Below, piece by piece: positions 60,358 to 64,000 of a stretch of DNA of 64,000 nucleotides. The position numbers were made by a program, and so were the translations under genes. Source of the DNA: Negativicutes bacterium (GTDB lineage: Bacteria; Bacillota; Negativicutes; UBA1444); NCBI GenBank assembly GCA_963665275.2, contig CAXXIN010000007.1:352001-416000 (forward strand), given 5' to 3'. How positions within the stretch are numbered: position 1 is the stretch's first letter; each line of letters begins with the position of its first letter. Below the pieces are notes generated by a model. The model searched no databases. It was not told the DNA's origin and saw nothing but the letters and a program-made list of their open reading frames with translations.

Positions 60358-62603
60358 ATGCGAAACATTAGCAGGAGAGCCTTTCTGCAAGTAGCGGCCG
60401 GCGCCGCCACAGTAGGTGTTGCCGTCCCCCAACTCATGGATATGAAGGCCTTCGGCGCTTCTGTCGCCGATGCGCCTGTGACCAAGGTTCCCACCTATTG
60501 CAATGGCTGCTCTACTGGTTGCCCGATGTTCGCGTATGTCAAGAATGGGCGACTGTGGAAACTCGAGGGCCATCCGGTAGCGATGAAGAATTACGGGACC
60601 CTCTGCGCCAGGGCCTATGGCGTAGCTTCCGACCTATACAATAAGGACCGGGTTCGCCAGCCGATGAAACGCGGCGCCGACGGGAAGTTCCAGCCGATCT
60701 CTTGGGATCAGGCATTCAAGGAAATTGCCGAAAAGCTGACCGGCATCATCGATAAGAATACCGGCAACTCAGTCGTGTGGATGGCCCACGGCGGCAAAGA
60801 TACCTATGGAAGCATGTTTCTGGATGAAATCGGTTCTCCGAATTTCATTACCCACTATTCAACCTGCTTCACCTCCAAAACCAACGCTTGGGACAAAATG
60901 GTGTCCAACCAGCTGACTGTTGATATCCGCCGGTCCAAGTATATGCTGTTCGCCGGCAGGAACTACGGCGGCGCCATTATTCCTGCGGCCATGAAACAAT
61001 TGACAGCGGCCAAAGGCCAGGGACGCAAAATTGTCGTAGTAGACCCGCGTCTTTGTGAACTTGCCAAAATAGCGGATGAGTGGATTCCCATTCGTCCGGG
61101 AACAGACTTGGCATTTTTTCTCGGAATTGCCCATACGCTCATCAGTGAGAATCTCTACAATAAAACTTTTGTACAAAAATATGTTTTCGGGTTTGAAGAA
61201 TTTTGGGCTGCCAACCGTGATTTCTCTGCGGAAAAAGCTGCTACCATCTGCGATATCCCGGCAGAGAAGATTCGGGATATTGCCCGCGATATGGCCAAAA
61301 ACGCGCCGGCGGCTTTCCTCGATCCCGGTTATCACGGTCTGCACAATCACTATGTGAACAGCACCCAGATCGCTCAGGCCAATGTCATTGTCAACGCCCT
61401 GCTCGGCAACTTCTATCAGCAGGGCGGCCTGATGCCGTCGGCCCGGCCCACGCTCGGGCAGCCTCAAATTCAGCCAAAGCGGCTACAGCCGGAAAAAGGG
61501 CCCGCGGGTCGATGGCGCCGGCGTTCCCAACGAATATCCGACAGTCGGAGCCTGGCCGGGGTATTGCCCAGCATATGCCCGACCTGATCGCCAAAGGCAA
61601 AGTCAAAGCTATTTTTATGTATCACTTCAATCCGCTGCGCACGGCTCCCGATCCGGAATACCAGAAGAATATCGCCAAGGCGGACCTGGTCGTCACCATC
61701 CCCGATCGACTGGAACGAGTCATCCTACTACGCCGCCCACTATATTTTGCCGGAGCACTATTTTCTGGAGCGGATGGAAGCGCCAAAACCGGTTTCCGGC
61801 AATATCAGCCATGACTTATCCGCAAATTGCCATGCGGATGCCGGCGGTCAAGCCATTGCATGACACCAGGCCTCTGCTGGAAATCATGCAGGGCCTCACC
61901 AAAGCGATGAAAATCGACGATCTGTATCCTTTCACGAGTGGAAGACGAGATCAACGCGGCAATCGCCCCGCTGGGAATTGACAAGGCCCGGATCTCCAGA
62001 CGGAAGGCTGCATCGAACTGCCGACTGGCGCATCAAACCGGGTTTTCCTGAAAAGGATGGCAAACCGGCCTGTGGCACTTTTACCGGTAAAATAGAGTTC
62101 AGCATCGGCGCGTTCAAACTTCACGGACGTCCTTGGCGTTCCCACCTGGATCCCGCCGCTCGTCAGCCCCAAGGGTGACGACGAGTTTCGGCTCATCCAC
62201 GGCAAGCAGCCCTGGCACTCCCACTCTCAGACCAACAACACGCCGTACCTGCTGGAAATGACTAAGAGCTACCATGGGACCTGGATGTGGATGAACCGCA
62301 AGCGGGCAGAAAAGCTTGGACATCCGGAACGGTGACAAGGCCACCGTCGAATCCCGGATCGAATATCCGGGCCAGAGCGCCCCGCATCGTCCGAAGAAAC
62401 CTATGCAGGTCAAAGTCACGGATATGCTGTATCCGGAATGTGTCTGGATCCCCTCGGCCCATGGGTGCTTCTCACCCAACATGACCTATGGCTATGGCAA
62501 AGGCGCCAACTATAACGATTTCGCGGCTTCCCGCGTTGAGCCGCTGTCCGGCGGCTGCATGGTTCAGGAAGTTATCGTCAAAGTCCGGAAGGGGGCCCTC
62601 TGA
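60358..62603 (+). CDS. Tat-exported molybdopterin oxidoreductase catalytic subunit (PsrA/PhsA/SrrA clade), frameshifted in its 3' half
   Basis: SRRAFL; CNGCSTGC...LCARA FeS motif; YSTCF Cys ligand; VDPR; IRPGTD; C-terminal HSQT and GKGANYND. Confidence 0.85.
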
Positions 62604-63142
62604 TGCCCAGTTACGCCATGTTGATCGATGCGTCGAAATGCACCGGCTGCGGAGCCTGCCGCGTCGCCTGCCAGATGCAATGGCAGCTGCCGCCGGATCG
62701 TTTCTACAACCGCCTGGAGTTCCGCGAAAAAGGACAATATCCCAAAGTCAAACAGGAAATCTTTCCTGTCCAGTGCATGCACTGTGACAATCCCCCCTGT
62801 GCGACGGTGTGCCCCACGAAAGCAACTTACAAAACCGCCGACGGCATCGTGCACGTCGACCCCAAGAAATGTATCGGCTGCAAAATGTGCATGATGGCCT
62901 GCCCTTATGACGTGCGCCAGCCCAACGAAAAAGGGATCGTCGAAAAATGCCGTTTCTGTGATGATTATATCGCCCGAGGCGAACAGCCTCCCTGTGTCAC
63001 TACCTGCATGAATACGGTTCGCGTATTTGGCGACCTGGATGATCCCAAGAGCGAAATTCGCGCCTTACTGGAAGAAAAGCAGGTCTACACACTATTGCCG
63101 CATATGGGCACCAAGCCCCGAGTATTCTATGTCCGAAAATAA
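62603..63142 (+). CDS. 4x[4Fe-4S] electron transfer subunit (PsrB/NrfC-like)
   Basis: CTGCGACRVAC, CMHCDNPPCATVCP, CIGCKMCMMACPY and KCRFC...PPCVTTC; FGDLDDP. Confidence 0.93.
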   Translation: MPSYAMLIDASKCTGCGACRVACQMQWQLPPDRFYNRLEFREKGQYPKVKQEIFPVQCMHCDNPPCATVCPTKATYKTADGIVHVDPKKCIGCKMCMMACPYDVRQPNEKGIVEKCRFCDDYIARGEQPPCVTTCMNTVRVFGDLDDPKSEIRALLEEKQVYTLLPHMGTKPRVFYVRK

Positions 63143-63782
63143 CATTGCCGCAGCCGATCTGTTCCTTGAATTGGCAAACTTCTGGCAGCCGCCTGATCAG
63201 GAATTTTGGCAGGAGCTGTCGGTCGGTCTGGTTGACAGGGAGATTGCCGAACTGGCAAAACACGCCGGTTATTTACCCCAGTTGCAGTTGCCTGGTCTTT
63301 TTGCCGATTGCCTGCCAACCCTTGCCTCGCTGCAGTCCTTTTTCATTCGCTGTTTTATCGGCATCGGCCAAAAGTCAGCCATTCCCGTCGAATCCATCTA
63401 CAAAAAATGGACGGAAGATCAGACAACGCGCCTGCCGATCGCTGGAAGCACTGGCTATCTGATGGGAGATCCTGCTCTCCATGCCCAATATTTACTTACC
63501 CATTACGGACTCACTATCCCACCTGATTACCGGATGATGCCGGACCACCTGTCCCTGTTGCTGGAACTTGCCGCATTTTTGCTGCGAAACCGCACAGATG
63601 AAGAAGCCCAGCTCTTTTTAGCCCAACATCTTGACTGGATCGGCAAGTTCGAAGAGGCGCTCATTGACTTGGAACCTGAAAACGCAGCAGATCATGGGGC
63701 CCAACGATTTTACCAGCTGGCACTCCAAACAATCAAACAAACTGTCGATTGCCAGCTGATGAAATATTTCCTCGTTCAGTAA
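63129..63782 (+). CDS. TorD/DmsD-family redox enzyme maturation chaperone
   Basis: PVESIY, MPDHLSLLLE and FLAQHLDW motifs. Confidence 0.9.
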   Translation: MSENNIAAADLFLELANFWQPPDQEFWQELSVGLVDREIAELAKHAGYLPQLQLPGLFADCLPTLASLQSFFIRCFIGIGQKSAIPVESIYKKWTEDQTTRLPIAGSTGYLMGDPALHAQYLLTHYGLTIPPDYRMMPDHLSLLLELAAFLLRNRTDEEAQLFLAQHLDWIGKFEEALIDLEPENAADHGAQRFYQLALQTIKQTVDCQLMKYFLVQ

Positions 63783-63813
63783 AATAGACACAAAATAAAG
63801 GAGGATTTTTTCA

Positions 63814-64000
63814 ATGTTTCAATTCATGAACAAGAAACTCGTGACCTATGTAGCCCTGCTCGTTTTGGTGGTATTCGCCGCAGGCTGCGGCTCATCTCCC
63901 GCGCCTGCTCCGACGCCTGCGGCTCCCGCAGCCTCTGCTCCCGCCATTGACAAAGCTGCGCTAACCAAAGAAGCTGCCTGGGATGGGTACAAAAAAGTCC
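63814..64000 (+). CDS. Lipoprotein (3'-partial), possibly a second rhodanese subunit
   Basis: RBS AAGGAGG; lipobox FAAGC; Pro/Ala linker; runs off the window. Confidence 0.65.
   Translation, partial: MFQFMNKKLVTYVALLVLVVFAAGCGSSPAPAPTPAAPAASAPAIDKAALTKEAAWDGYKKV

Noticed and set aside
1-64000. CRISPR arrays, tRNA/rRNA genes, transposases and the many antisense or overlapping ORFs in the track
   Set aside because: No regularly spaced repeats or RNA-gene signatures seen; shadow ORFs lie opposite well-supported genes and lack RBSs and motifs

Overview
Chromosomal window from a diderm, spore-former-type Firmicute, inferred to be Negativicutes (Sporomusaceae-like) from GGAGG RBSs, SigA and SigH-type promoters, Firmicute riboswitches, an AsmA-like protein and Tat/lipoprotein periplasmic enzymes. 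Bases 1-5.1 kb are the end of a defence island: qatA (partial)-qatB-qatC-qatD, a low-GC PD-(D/E)XK-like gene and a possible tmRNA/tRNA 3'-end att remnant. Bases 5-32 kb are a mosaic of accessory genes: a methyltransferase under a leader-peptide attenuator, an alkylsulfatase, two DUF1254/DUF1214 proteins, two metallophosphoesterases, a repeat protein-MoxR-vWA triad, a Na+/H+ antiporter-like gene and a pentameric ligand-gated ion channel. Bases 32-64 kb are more core-like: LysR/DMT, MscS, an AsmA-like protein, NiCo riboswitch-CDF, tandem ZTP riboswitches-OFA transporter, pgm, trkAH, trehalose genes and an Srr/Psr-like molybdoenzyme operon whose rhodanese lipoprotein appears to end in Sec-Gly. 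The most unusual element is a stand-alone ~265-nt ncRNA candidate (35535->35272, minus strand) with its own promoter, closing helix, terminator and repeated ANACC motifs; it matches no housekeeping RNA I recognise. Frameshifts cluster at 27-30.4 kb and 52-62.6 kb and are probably sequencing errors. I saw no tRNA, rRNA, CRISPR array, integrase or transposase. All assignments come from motif recognition by eye; no searches were run.
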